Of a stretch of 64,000 bases of DNA, positions 9,246 to 19,388 are shown piece by piece. The position numbers and the translations under genes are program-made. The notes under the pieces are model-generated. The model ran no database searches and was not told the DNA's origin. It saw nothing but the letters and a program-made list of their open reading frames with translations. Position 1 is the stretch's first letter, and every line of letters begins with the position of its first letter. This DNA comes from Candidatus Latescibacterota bacterium (lineage in GTDB: Bacteria; Latescibacterota; UBA2968; UBA8231), in the NCBI GenBank assembly GCA_965206595.1, contig OZ242214.1:6496001-6560000 (forward strand), read 5' to 3'.

Positions 9246-11159
9246 ATGGCAAGATGGAAAAGTGTCAGCGCCGTAGCCGCATGTATCGCCATCGCAGGCG
9301 CGGCATGGGCTCAGGACGTCGACGAACCCAATTGGATTCCCACGGTGAGCGGTCCGCCTGAGGCGATGTCCGTCGAGGTGCCGGATGCCCTGCCAGCGTT
9401 CGACGGCAGCACACCCGTGGACCTTCCGTTCGAGATCGACCAGCCGGCCACGGTGTACGCGGCCGTCTACACCAAGGGGTTCAACCCGCCGGCCGTGCCT
9501 TTCATACCGAACGGCCGCTGGGATAACGACGCCCAGGAATGGGTGGACGGCACGCCGGGTGCCATCGCCCGCGGCGCGAATACCAACATCGATGTCATGG
9601 TGTGGCGCACACCCCAGGACGGAGTTCCCTTCAGTGCCGGCTCGCACTCGATTAGCTGGCCGGGTACCAATATGGAAGGCGATGCGATGCCGGCCGGGGA
9701 GTACCAGTTCTACCTCATCGTCCGGGGTGATAACACGCGCACCGTTGCCCGGGTGGCCAACGACGCCTGGAGCGCCTGGGCGATGGACTGGAGGCAGGAT
9801 CCGCCGGTCGTCTGGGCGCCCTACGGCCGCAGGGGTTTCGAAGAGAGGTGGATAATCCGCAGTGTCATCGGCACCGACTACGTGGCCAGCCCGGACGCCT
9901 ACGAGATTTACGATGCGTCAGACTACATGAGGGGCATCAACGACGCAGGTGGCGAGCCGGACGCGATACTGCAAGCGAACGGGATTGAGCTCGATCCGAC
10001 CGACGAGAATGTCCTCTACGTGACCATGTTTTCAGGGCCTTCCTCGGGCGTACACAAACTCCGCGCGACGGATGACGGAACCTTCGAGCCGGTGACCGAG
10101 TGGGGCGAAAACGGCCATTTCCCGCTGCCGTCGAGAGTCTACAACTGTCACTGGTTCGACGGTGCTATCTGGGTAGACAGCTGGAATAGAACCGACTTCA
10201 CTTCGACCGTGATCAAGCTGGACAAGGACACCGGCGAGGTCCTCCATGTAATCGACCTCGGCGACGTCTTCACCGGTGTCAATATCGACGCCGAAGGCAA
10301 CGAGGTGCCCTGGTCCAACGGCCCGGTAGACACCGCGATGAACGAGAGGGGGGTCGCCGGGGTGACCCACTTCAATCCCTGGACCCCCTTCGTCTCCCAC
10401 GAAAGCGAGGTCCTCTGGGTAAACGACAACGGCGATGGTTGGGGCGACACCATCGACTGGGACCACGACAACGATCCGGAGACCAGGAACGAGTCCGTCA
10501 TGCGGCGAGCCTCGCAAAATATCAATCCGGGTCCGTTCGGCATGTTCTTTCAAGGGCCGAACGGTGACCAGGGTGTCTTCAGCCAATTTGTCGGAATCGT
10601 GCTCGGCCCCGATGGCAACGGCCTGGCTCGACTGAAAGTCGATGGCGCCGTCAATTTCACCTACGGAGGCATCCAGTACCACGAGTTCGGAAACCGCTAC
10701 GACGGCTTTTACGACTCGATGGGGTTCGACAACATCTTCGACAGGCAGTTTATCGAACGGAACGAGTGGGACAGCGAGGAGCAGCCGAGCTGGCTGGTGC
10801 ACACTCCCGGCGCAATCCGTCAGGGCCAGATCGGCGGCGAGACGGCGATCGTGGAAGAGCAGCGGGGTGTCGTCCCGGAGGAATACGGGTTGGGCGACAA
10901 TTATCCCAATCCCTTCAACCCGATGACCACGCTTAGCTTTCAGATTCCCAACCGCAGCGAAGTGGTTCTCACGGTCTACAACGCAACAGGACAGGAAGTG
11001 GTACGGCTGGCGGACGGCGAGGTCATGAACGCCGGCTCCTACACCGCGACCTGGGACGGACGCGATGCGAGCGGCCGTTTGGTGTCGAGCGGCGTCTATC
11101 TCTATCGGATGCAGGCGGGGTCCTATACCGCCACCAAGAGGATGAGTCTGCTCAAGTAG
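9246..11159 (+). CDS. Secreted protein: N-terminal FlgD-Ig-like domain, probable beta-propeller, C-terminal T9SS type-A/FlgD sorting-like domain
   Basis: Signal peptide ..AGAAWAQ; SHSISWPGTNMEGDAMPAGEYQFYL; C-terminal LGDNYPNPFNPMTTLSFQIP..VYNATGQEV..WDGRDASGRLVSSGVYLYRMQAGSYTATKRMSLLK. Confidence 0.85.
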   Translation: MARWKSVSAVAACIAIAGAAWAQDVDEPNWIPTVSGPPEAMSVEVPDALPAFDGSTPVDLPFEIDQPATVYAAVYTKGFNPPAVPFIPNGRWDNDAQEWVDGTPGAIARGANTNIDVMVWRTPQDGVPFSAGSHSISWPGTNMEGDAMPAGEYQFYLIVRGDNTRTVARVANDAWSAWAMDWRQDPPVVWAPYGRRGFEERWIIRSVIGTDYVASPDAYEIYDASDYMRGINDAGGEPDAILQANGIELDPTDENVLYVTMFSGPSSGVHKLRATDDGTFEPVTEWGENGHFPLPSRVYNCHWFDGAIWVDSWNRTDFTSTVIKLDKDTGEVLHVIDLGDVFTGVNIDAEGNEVPWSNGPVDTAMNERGVAGVTHFNPWTPFVSHESEVLWVNDNGDGWGDTIDWDHDNDPETRNESVMRRASQNINPGPFGMFFQGPNGDQGVFSQFVGIVLGPDGNGLARLKVDGAVNFTYGGIQYHEFGNRYDGFYDSMGFDNIFDRQFIERNEWDSEEQPSWLVHTPGAIRQGQIGGETAIVEEQRGVVPEEYGLGDNYPNPFNPMTTLSFQIPNRSEVVLTVYNATGQEVVRLADGEVMNAGSYTATWDGRDASGRLVSSGVYLYRMQAGSYTATKRMSLLK

Positions 11160-11192
11160 GCAAGCAGCAGACAGTCCTCACCACGGGCTCCT

Positions 11193-11242
11193 GGTCTGGG
11201 TGCGCGTCTTCCGCTGCGAGGCGCGCACCCAGACCCTTTTTT
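11193..11242 (+). terminator. Rho-independent terminator
   Basis: Stem GGTCTGGGTGCGCGTCTT / GAGGCGCGCACCCAGACC followed by CTTTTTT, about 35 nt after the stop. Confidence 0.8.
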
Positions 11243-11333
11243 CATTCCGGGCAGGAAGCGGGGACCGCCCTCAGCGTCTGTTCCGACGACCTGTTCCTGC
11301 GCCAGCGCCAAGACAGACACCGGTCGGATTACC

Positions 11334-12599
11334 ATGACTTCACGTCCCCGGCGCGAAGAGCGTTTTTCCACTCCGTCAGATCTGCTCGATCTGCGCCTGC
11401 TCCGACGGAGAACACGCGAGTTTCTCTACTGGGGCTTGGGGATCGCGCTGGGTTGCCACCTGGGATTGGCTCTCTATCTGGTCCTCAGTCACAGGGAGGA
11501 GCCCGTAGCCAAACCGCAGACCGTGGAGTTCGTCGTGCGCCAGCCGCGTATGACCAAACCCTTCGAGTTGAAAAAGAAGCGGGTACCCCACAGGGTGATG
11601 ACGCGCAAGGTCGCCACCGCCAAGCCCGAACAGGTGCGCACCCTGAGCAAGCGGATCGACCGACCGGATGTCTTCGGCACCGTGGCCACGGTCTCCTATA
11701 CCGTGCAGGACAGTGCCGCCGTGGGTGACGAGGTGGTGATGCCGGCCCACAGTGCGGCGCAGGTCGCCAGCTTCAAGGAACCGGGGAAACGGATCAGCAT
11801 GCAGGAGGAGTTCATCGATGTCCGCGCTCTGGATACGGGCAAATACAAGGCGCTCGTCATCCAGGATCCGCAGAACAGGCAGGATATCAAAGGATTCGTC
11901 CACCTGGCCCTGGCCTGGGGGACCGACCTCGAACCGAAGGCGCCCAGAGCGGTACCGAAGCTGGTGGAAGCGATGAACCGGTACACCAGCATCGAGGCGC
12001 GCGTGGACAACCATCTCTTCATCGACTCCAGCGAACTGCTCGAGACCCCGTTCGTGTACATCACCGCCGACGACGCCTTCGAGATAACGGAGAAGGAGAT
12101 CGAGAGCCTGCGCCGGTACCTGGAAAGCGGAGGGTTCATCCTGGCCGACAATGGAGTGGCAGAGCTGGAGTACGGACCGGGCGAGGCCTCTCTGCGCAAG
12201 ATGTTCAAACAGGTGCTGGGCAACAAGGCGCGTTTCCAGAACCTTCCTCGGGATCATCCCATATATCACAGTTTCTTCGACTTCGACGGACCACCTCCGG
12301 GAGAGGAAGTCAGCCAGAAGGTGCGAGTGTCAGGAGAAAGAAGGGGTGTGCTGACGGGCGCAACCCGCGGCATCCAGCACGCTGTATCCAAACCAGCGCA
12401 CTTCCTCGAGGGGATTTATCTGGGCGACCGGTTGGTGGCCGTGTACTCCGACAAAGCCTACGGCAAGTACTGGGAGCGGGAGTACGAAAACGAGCCGCAG
12501 TTGAAGATAGGGGTCAATATGGTCGTCTTCGCCTTGACCCAGCAGGGCTCCATTGCGCAGCAGCACATCGACTTCTACGAGCATTCCGCGAGCCGGTGA
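11334..12599 (+). CDS. Membrane-anchored DUF4159 domain protein
   Basis: N-terminal TM helix and basic linker; DUF4159-like PFVYIT..LRRYLESGGFILADN..LPRDHPIYHSFFDF..LEGIYLGDRLVAVYS..GVNMVVFALT. Confidence 0.8.
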   Translation: MTSRPRREERFSTPSDLLDLRLLRRRTREFLYWGLGIALGCHLGLALYLVLSHREEPVAKPQTVEFVVRQPRMTKPFELKKKRVPHRVMTRKVATAKPEQVRTLSKRIDRPDVFGTVATVSYTVQDSAAVGDEVVMPAHSAAQVASFKEPGKRISMQEEFIDVRALDTGKYKALVIQDPQNRQDIKGFVHLALAWGTDLEPKAPRAVPKLVEAMNRYTSIEARVDNHLFIDSSELLETPFVYITADDAFEITEKEIESLRRYLESGGFILADNGVAELEYGPGEASLRKMFKQVLGNKARFQNLPRDHPIYHSFFDFDGPPPGEEVSQKVRVSGERRGVLTGATRGIQHAVSKPAHFLEGIYLGDRLVAVYSDKAYGKYWEREYENEPQLKIGVNMVVFALTQQGSIAQQHIDFYEHSASR

Positions 12600-13918
12600 C
12601 GAGACAGGGGGACATGGCTGAGCGACTATCGAGGCGCGGGCGGCTTTTGTCCAGGATTGCGATCGCTCTGAGTCTGTTGGTGGCGGTAGATGGTTGTATC
12701 CTTTTTCCGCGGCACTACGACTACCGTTCCTCCCTGGTTTCGGCGATCTCCCAGGAACAATTGGAGACCGATCTGGGGGCCTACGAGGTGGACGAGAGCG
12801 GCCAGGTCTCCTTCCGTCTGGAAGGGTTGCGTATCGATGTGCGCCCGCTGACGGACGAGGAACTGAATCGACGCTATCCCGACGAGTCGTCCCAGGGAGA
12901 GCACTCCACCAATCCCTACACCTATGGCGACTGGGTGGATCCCAGTCGCGGCCATACTCCGGCCCGCTTCGTCTGTTTCGAGATTTCGGTGCACAACTAC
13001 ACCTACGCCAAGGTGGAGCTGAGCCCCACCGAAGCGGTGCTGAAGACGGACAAGGGGGAGCTCTTCCACGCTTATGGTGTTTCCGCGCTCTCTTCGCCGT
13101 ATGGCAACAGCTTTGAGCGCTACTACCGATCGCGCCGTGGACAGAGCGGTAACGAGTATTACCGTTTCGATTACCGCATGGGGTTGGTGCGCAGCACCTA
13201 TTTCGGTCGGGACGAACCGATCTTCAAGGGCGACAACTACAGCGGACTGATCGCTTTCGACGTTCCGCGACAGGAGGCGGAAAAGGTGCGTCTGGTGCTC
13301 GTGGACTTCGTCACCAAATTCGACAGTTTAGGGCGTCCCCTGGAGACGATGGACATCCCCTTCGACTTCTATCGCCAGATCGAAGTGGCGGAGAGGATCC
13401 AGGACCGGCAGCAGGTCGAAACCGCTACGACCGAGGTAATAACGGAAGGGCCGCGGAATATAACCGGGAACCTACCCGGGGATGCCAGCAGGAGCGCCGC
13501 TGCGGTGAACGCCATGGTGAGGTCCCGCCTGAGTGAAGTGAATGGCTGTTTCAGTCAGTGGTTCGACGCCGGCGAGGCCGTGGCCGGCGAAGTGGTGATC
13601 GAGTTCACCATCGCTCCCAGTGGGCTGGTGGGGCGGTCCGAGGTCGTGGAAGCGAGCGTGGCCAACGACGAGGTGGGGCCATGTGTGGCTGAGCGCGTGG
13701 CGGCCTGGCGCTTCCGGGCCGCAGGCGAGGGGCTGGCCGGGTCTGCCTCGCCGGTGGATGACGGAACAACGGGGGAAGAGATCGACGATGGGGGAGGTGA
13801 CCGCTCTTCCCGGCAGGGTGCAATTGCTGCCTCTCATGCCCTCCAACGACTGGCTTCCACTCAGGAGGTCACGGTGGTCTATCCGTTCCTTTTCCGGGCG
13901 GCGGACCAGGCGGAATAG
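12596..13918 (+). CDS. Putative lipoprotein with C-terminal AgmX/PglI (TonB-C-like) domain
   Basis: GTGA overlap with upstream gene; leader ending VAVDGC; C-terminal VRSRLSEVNGCF..AGEVVIEFTIAPSGLV..V.PCVAERVAAWRF..VTVVYPFLF. Confidence 0.75.
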   Translation: MTRQGDMAERLSRRGRLLSRIAIALSLLVAVDGCILFPRHYDYRSSLVSAISQEQLETDLGAYEVDESGQVSFRLEGLRIDVRPLTDEELNRRYPDESSQGEHSTNPYTYGDWVDPSRGHTPARFVCFEISVHNYTYAKVELSPTEAVLKTDKGELFHAYGVSALSSPYGNSFERYYRSRRGQSGNEYYRFDYRMGLVRSTYFGRDEPIFKGDNYSGLIAFDVPRQEAEKVRLVLVDFVTKFDSLGRPLETMDIPFDFYRQIEVAERIQDRQQVETATTEVITEGPRNITGNLPGDASRSAAAVNAMVRSRLSEVNGCFSQWFDAGEAVAGEVVIEFTIAPSGLVGRSEVVEASVANDEVGPCVAERVAAWRFRAAGEGLAGSASPVDDGTTGEEIDDGGGDRSSRQGAIAASHALQRLASTQEVTVVYPFLFRAADQAE

Positions 13919-13947
13919 GACTGGAGTTGTACCAGAAAGGCAAGAGC

Positions 13948-14358
13948 ATGTTGCGCCGAGTTGTGCCGGCGGTGATGGCCGGCCTCACGCTGCTCGCCGG
14001 CTGTGAGAAAGACCATCAGCCGGTCACCTCTTTCCATCAGAGCCTGGAGCCACCGGTCAGCGTGCAGGCGGCGTGGACGGGGACGGGCGAAGTGCGGGCA
14101 ACGTGGGAGATGGAAGGCGCCGACGACCTGGTGCATGGGTTCGTCGTCACCCTCAGCCACCGCGGCAACCTCATCTACGGGCGAGCGGTGGAGGGAGCCG
14201 AAGTGCGCAGCTTCACATCGAGCGGTTTCGACACGGACGATATCGCCGCCGATGGGGAGGGGACAGCCACCTGGCTGCTCGTCCGCGTTCGGGCCTACGA
14301 CGAGAATCTCTTCCAGGGGCCGCCTTCCGAACCGGATTCTGTACAGGTAGGCTCCTGA
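13948..14358 (+). CDS. Small lipoprotein with FN3-like beta-sandwich
   Basis: Lipobox LLAGC; PPVSVQA..VRATWE..VRVRAYDEN..GPPSEP. Confidence 0.7.
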   Translation: MLRRVVPAVMAGLTLLAGCEKDHQPVTSFHQSLEPPVSVQAAWTGTGEVRATWEMEGADDLVHGFVVTLSHRGNLIYGRAVEGAEVRSFTSSGFDTDDIAADGEGTATWLLVRVRAYDENLFQGPPSEPDSVQVGS

Positions 14359-14370
14359 GCCCCGGCTGAA

Positions 14371-17300
14371 GTGCGAAACGCCGGATCCCTGGAACGGGAC
14401 GACCCGCAACTCCCGCCGGCGAGGTTCCCATGGGCCCCGGCGGTGGCGCTGACCTCCATAGCCGCCTTCGCAACGCTTCTCTACCTCTACTTCACCGATT
14501 TCCCGTTTTCGTTCCAGTCCTTTCCGGATGCCGCTGCTCCGCGCAGTGCCGTCGACGGCTCCGCCGCCGAGAGCCGCGTCGACCTCGAGCGCCTGCGGCG
14601 CACGATCGCGATCCTTTCCAGCTACTCCTCCCGCGTCAGCGGCTATCCGGGCGCTGACAGCGCCGCCACCTGGATCGAAGATCAGTTCCACCGGGTCGGA
14701 CTGCAGTCGGTGACCGCCATGCCGTTCGAGCTGCCGGTGCCGCTGGACCGGGGCGCGCGGCTGGTGGTGGAGCCAGAGGGGCCGACGGTCGAGCTGTTCT
14801 GCCTGTGGCCCAATCTGGTGCGCACGTCCACCCTGCCCCCGGGCGGCATCAGCGGCCAACTGGTCTACGGTGGCCATGGCGAGCTGTCGGCTTTCAACGG
14901 ACTCGACATCGCCGGGCAGCTGGTGCTGATGGAGTTCGATTCCGGGATGAACTGGATCGAGGCCTTCGACCTGGGGGCAGCGGCGGTCCTCTTTCTGGAG
15001 CCCGAAACAGCGAACCGCGCCGAGGCCGAGCAGAAATTCCTCTCGGTGCCGGCCGATCTGCCGCGGTTCTGGGTGCCGCGCCGGGCGGGGGAGACCCTCA
15101 AGAAGCACCTGGGCAAGAGGGTCCATCTCTCGGCGCGCATGGAGTGGGCGAACGCTCAGGGACGCCACATCCTCGGTGTCGTGGAGGGGAGCGACCCGCA
15201 GCTCAGGGACCACGCCCTGGTGCTGGAGGCCTATTACGACGCCGCTTCGGTGGTGCCGGCCCAGGCTCCGGGCGCCGGGGCGGCCTCGGGTGTGGCGGTG
15301 CTGTTGGAGGTCGCCCGCGAGATGGCCGCCCAACCGCCGGCGCGCACCGTGGTTTTCGTCGCCAGCGGCGGTCACTTCCAGGCGCTGATCGGCATGCGCC
15401 AGCTGGTGGCCCTGATGGACGGAGGGCAGGAAGGGCTGGCGCAGCGGCGGGAGCAGCTCACCGAGCGCCTGCACCTGCTGGAGCAATTCACCGCTTTTCT
15501 GCAAGGTGGCGGCTCCCTGCCGGCGGCAACGGAGAGCCTCCCCAGCCGTCTCGTCGAGGAGCTGGCCGACAACGCTGCCCGCGTAGTGGCCCAGCAGGAA
15601 AACAGACTCGAAGGGCAGGTGGAGGAGGCCGAGCGCGTTCGCCTGAGGACCATGCTCGATGTGGCGCGCCCCCTGCGCTGGATCGAATCGACCGCGGAGA
15701 TGGAGTCCCTGTTTCGCTCACCTGCCCTGGTGGAGGTGCTGCGCCAGCGTCAGGCGGAGGAGATCGGGGATCTCCGGCAACAGCTGACGGTCGTCGAGGG
15801 GCAGGGGCGGTTTCTGGCGGTGCTCGACCGCTACCGCCTGGATGCCTGCCTGGGATTGGATCTGTCGGCGGGCGGGGACCGCGTCGGTATCTTCGGGGGC
15901 GGCGGCTTCTATGATTTCGGGCCGGGCTGGGCCCACAACCGCAATACCCATGGCGATTCTCCGTTCTACGAACGGGTCATGGGGGCGGCGAAACGGGTCG
16001 AGGAGGGACTGGCCGCCGCCGGCTTCGGCGAACCGCCGCTGTTCTTCGACGGCATCCAGTTCGAGCGCGAGCGGCTGGCCCTGGGAGGCCATCACGAGCC
16101 CCTCCCATTCAACGGCGGTCCCCTGAACGCGTGGGGGTTTCTCACCGCGACCCTGGCCACGCTGGCAGACACCCGTTCCGCCTTCGACACGCCGCTGGAT
16201 CGCGCCGCGGGGCTTGACCTTTCGCGCCTGGGCAGGCAGGCCGAGTTCCTCCTGCCGTTCCTGCGCGAAGCCGCAGACGATCCGCTGATCGCCATGATTG
16301 CCCGCGGCGAGTCCGATTTCTTCGGCTACGTAGAAGGCCGGACCGTCTACTTCGATCCGCACACCAGCTTCGTGCCGGACGCGCCGGTACCCCATACCCT
16401 GGTGCGCCTGCGCCTGCCGGCAAAGACCCTTGTCGGTGTGCGCACCGAGTTCCTGGCCATGGCCGATCGCCACGGCCGTTTCCGCATGCCCGGGGTCATC
16501 CGCGCAGCCTCTTTTTCAGGAATGGTGCCGATGAAGCTGGAAGCGTATCACCTCGACCCTGGCGATGGTTCAGTGGACTATGTCGCGGACCTGGGGGTCA
16601 ACGGCGCCGAGCGCTACCCGCTGGAACTCGATTTGGACCGCAAGCGCAAAGAAGTCAGCGTCGTGCTTTTCGAGGCCGACGGGGTGAGCCTCTTCGAAGC
16701 GCTCGACTACCGCTATCTGGATGTGCTCAACAGTCTGTCCGTACTGGAGGAGGGCCGCGAGGTGCAGCCGGTTGAATTCGGTTACACCCTGCCACTGTAT
16801 CCTTATAACGATCGTCAGGCGGGCGTCCGTTTCGATTACAATGCCAGATGGGTGCAAAAGAAGCTGGATTCGCTGGTCGAACCCTGCGTGGTGGTCTTCG
16901 CCCCACCCGGAACGCGGATGAAGATCGCCATGACCTGGGGATTCTACGGCATGGGCAACCGCTACCTGCTCCTCAACGGCTCGCCGGAAACAGCGATCGG
17001 CGAGGGTTTCGCCGTCTCCCGACAGACGCGCCTGACCCATACCGCCTATCAGGTGGCGCGGGACATCTGTCTGCTGAACGACAGCCGCATCGACAACCTG
17101 CAGCGGCACGGGGTGCGCAACGAGCGCCTGCGGAACCTGCACGACCAGGCGCTGGACTACCTGGAGGAGGCCGGGAAAGCGCTGGAGAAGAAGGAATACG
17201 ATCGCTTCGGCGAGATGGCCCGCCGCTCCTGGACCTACGCCAGTCGAGCCTACCTCGATGTGCATGGCACGACCGGTGACGTGGTCAAGGGAGTGCTCTT

Positions 17301-19380
17301 CTATATGGCCCTGCTGATCCCCTTCGCCTACTTCGGCGAACGGCTGCTGCTGGCCGGGGCGACCATACGGCGGCAGCTGCTGGGACTGACGGCAGTCTTC
17401 CTGATGGCCTTCGGCATCCTGAGGTGGGTGCACCCGGCCTTCGATCTGACGCTCAACCCCGGCATCATCCTCCTCGGCTTCGTCATCTTCGGCCTCAGTG
17501 TACTGGTGATCCGAATCGGTCTGACCAAGATGCAGCAACAGATCCGGCGGGTGATGAGTCGCGTGGGCGGGGTGCACCGGGCGGATATGGATCGCTCGGG
17601 GGCCATATGGAGCGCCTTCGATCTGGGCATCAACAACATGCGACGCCGGCCGCTGCGCACCCTGCTCGCCATGTTGACGATCGTCCTGGTGACGTTCTCG
17701 GTGCTGGGCTTCACCTCGGTCAAGACCTTTCTGCGCTTCAACCAGGTACCGGCACGGGGCGCGGCCCACTACAATGGACTTTTAGTGCGACAGGTGGGCT
17801 GGGCACCGGTGAACGAAAGGATCCATGCCGGCATCGCCAACCAGTACCGGGAGCAGACCGTAAGCCCCCGGGCCTGGTTCGACGGCACGGCGAAGGGAGT
17901 AGCAGGCGTCGCGCCGCAGAGCAGGGTGCGGGTCGAACGGCTGGACCGGCGTGACCGGGCGGGCACCGCGATGGCCGTCATCGGACTGACGGCGCAAGAG
18001 GCGGCCTTGACCGCCCCCCAGCGCGCCCTGTACGCCGGACGCTGGTTCGAGCCGGGCGAGGAGCAGGTATGCATCCTGCCGCTGCGCCTGGCGCGCCTGC
18101 TGCGTATCGGGCCGGCCGACGTGGATATAACCCGGGTGGTGATCTCCGGGGAGATTTTCACGGTCGTAGGGCTGCTGGACGAAGGGCTGTTCGACAATCT
18201 GCTGGATCTCAGCAACGCCCCGTTGACGCCGCTGGATCCCGACGCCACACAGCCGACGGAGAAGACCGGGGGGGCCGCCGAGCGCGCCCTGTCGGGAGAA
18301 GAAGAGAGCTTCGTCCACCTGGCCGCCGAGCAGGCGATCGTCGTGCCCTACGCCGTGGCGCGCCGCTGGGGAGGAAGCATCCGCTCCGTCGCAATCGGCT
18401 TTGCCAGCGCTCAGGCCGTCGGCAAGGCGATCGAGGAATGGATGGCGGGGCTGGCGGTCAACATGACCGCCGGCATCGATGGCAGACGCTACTTGCTGAA
18501 CGCGGTGGATCTGCAGTCGGTGGGCGGTCTGAGCAACATCGTCATTCCGCTGGTCATCGGAGCCCTGATCGTGTTGAACACGATGCTGGGCTCGGTCTAC
18601 GAACGGCGGGAGGAGATCAACACCTATACGGCGGTGGGGCTGTCGCCGCTCCATGTAGCCGGTCTGTTCATCGCCGAAGCGGCGGTGTATGCGAGTTTCG
18701 GAGCCGTGCTGGGCTACCTGACGGGCCAGCTTGTGTCGAAAGCGGTGTCTTCCTTCGACTGGGTATCCGGGGTTACCCTCAACTATTCGTCGCTGTCGGT
18801 CGTCTACACCATCGCTCTGGTGATGGCGGTGGTGCTGCTCTCGAGCCTCTATCCGGCAACCCAGGCTTTCCGGGTCGCGGCATCGGCCGTGCAGCGCAAG
18901 TGGATCCTGCCGCCTGCGGTGGGAGACGAGCTGTCGATGACGATTCCGGTCACCGTCCGGCAGGCGGACGTGGCAGGCCTGATGGTCTACCTCACCGAAT
19001 ATTTCGCGCTGCATGAAGAGCAGACGGTGGGGGCCGCCTTTTACACCCGGGATGCCCGCTACGATCGCCTCGACACACCCGGCGGACCGGTGCACGAGGT
19101 CGGCGTGCGCGTCTGGGTGGCTCCCTTCGACCTGAATGTGAGTCAGTGGCTCAAGCTGGACGCCGTCCCCGGTCAGGAGGACATCTACGAGGTCAGGGTG
19201 CAGGCGCGCCGGGCTTCAGGCGAGCGCGAAAGCTGGCTGCGCAAGAACTATGCTTTCTTCAACGACCTGCGCAAGCAGTTCCTGATATGGCGCGCGATCG
19301 GCGACGAAACCCGGCAAAGCTACGAGGATCGCGCCCCCGGACTGGCCGGGCAGGATCCCCACGCGGTACTGGAACTTTGA
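14371..19380 (+). CDS. Fusion of PA/M28-peptidase-like domain (metal ligands degenerate) with FtsX/MacB-like permease, 1669 aa
   Basis: SRVSGYPG, PA insert, EAYYD, GAGAASGVAVLL, RTVVFVASGGH; central TM bundle; NNMRRRPLRTLL; MacB-type periplasmic GRWF..VVG; FtsX motif LNTMLGSVYERREEI..AVGLSP..LFIAEA..SSLYPA. Confidence 0.85.
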   Translation: MRNAGSLERDDPQLPPARFPWAPAVALTSIAAFATLLYLYFTDFPFSFQSFPDAAAPRSAVDGSAAESRVDLERLRRTIAILSSYSSRVSGYPGADSAATWIEDQFHRVGLQSVTAMPFELPVPLDRGARLVVEPEGPTVELFCLWPNLVRTSTLPPGGISGQLVYGGHGELSAFNGLDIAGQLVLMEFDSGMNWIEAFDLGAAAVLFLEPETANRAEAEQKFLSVPADLPRFWVPRRAGETLKKHLGKRVHLSARMEWANAQGRHILGVVEGSDPQLRDHALVLEAYYDAASVVPAQAPGAGAASGVAVLLEVAREMAAQPPARTVVFVASGGHFQALIGMRQLVALMDGGQEGLAQRREQLTERLHLLEQFTAFLQGGGSLPAATESLPSRLVEELADNAARVVAQQENRLEGQVEEAERVRLRTMLDVARPLRWIESTAEMESLFRSPALVEVLRQRQAEEIGDLRQQLTVVEGQGRFLAVLDRYRLDACLGLDLSAGGDRVGIFGGGGFYDFGPGWAHNRNTHGDSPFYERVMGAAKRVEEGLAAAGFGEPPLFFDGIQFERERLALGGHHEPLPFNGGPLNAWGFLTATLATLADTRSAFDTPLDRAAGLDLSRLGRQAEFLLPFLREAADDPLIAMIARGESDFFGYVEGRTVYFDPHTSFVPDAPVPHTLVRLRLPAKTLVGVRTEFLAMADRHGRFRMPGVIRAASFSGMVPMKLEAYHLDPGDGSVDYVADLGVNGAERYPLELDLDRKRKEVSVVLFEADGVSLFEALDYRYLDVLNSLSVLEEGREVQPVEFGYTLPLYPYNDRQAGVRFDYNARWVQKKLDSLVEPCVVVFAPPGTRMKIAMTWGFYGMGNRYLLLNGSPETAIGEGFAVSRQTRLTHTAYQVARDICLLNDSRIDNLQRHGVRNERLRNLHDQALDYLEEAGKALEKKEYDRFGEMARRSWTYASRAYLDVHGTTGDVVKGVLFYMALLIPFAYFGERLLLAGATIRRQLLGLTAVFLMAFGILRWVHPAFDLTLNPGIILLGFVIFGLSVLVIRIGLTKMQQQIRRVMSRVGGVHRADMDRSGAIWSAFDLGINNMRRRPLRTLLAMLTIVLVTFSVLGFTSVKTFLRFNQVPARGAAHYNGLLVRQVGWAPVNERIHAGIANQYREQTVSPRAWFDGTAKGVAGVAPQSRVRVERLDRRDRAGTAMAVIGLTAQEAALTAPQRALYAGRWFEPGEEQVCILPLRLARLLRIGPADVDITRVVISGEIFTVVGLLDEGLFDNLLDLSNAPLTPLDPDATQPTEKTGGAAERALSGEEESFVHLAAEQAIVVPYAVARRWGGSIRSVAIGFASAQAVGKAIEEWMAGLAVNMTAGIDGRRYLLNAVDLQSVGGLSNIVIPLVIGALIVLNTMLGSVYERREEINTYTAVGLSPLHVAGLFIAEAAVYASFGAVLGYLTGQLVSKAVSSFDWVSGVTLNYSSLSVVYTIALVMAVVLLSSLYPATQAFRVAASAVQRKWILPPAVGDELSMTIPVTVRQADVAGLMVYLTEYFALHEEQTVGAAFYTRDARYDRLDTPGGPVHEVGVRVWVAPFDLNVSQWLKLDAVPGQEDIYEVRVQARRASGERESWLRKNYAFFNDLRKQFLIWRAIGDETRQSYEDRAPGLAGQDPHAVLEL

Positions 19381-19388
19381 GCGCGACC

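Noticed and set aside
19146-19388. Extension of the DUF6785 ORF to 758 aa
   Set aside because: Overlaps the FtsX fusion; Arg/Gly-rich off-frame translation; ATG 19389 is more plausible.
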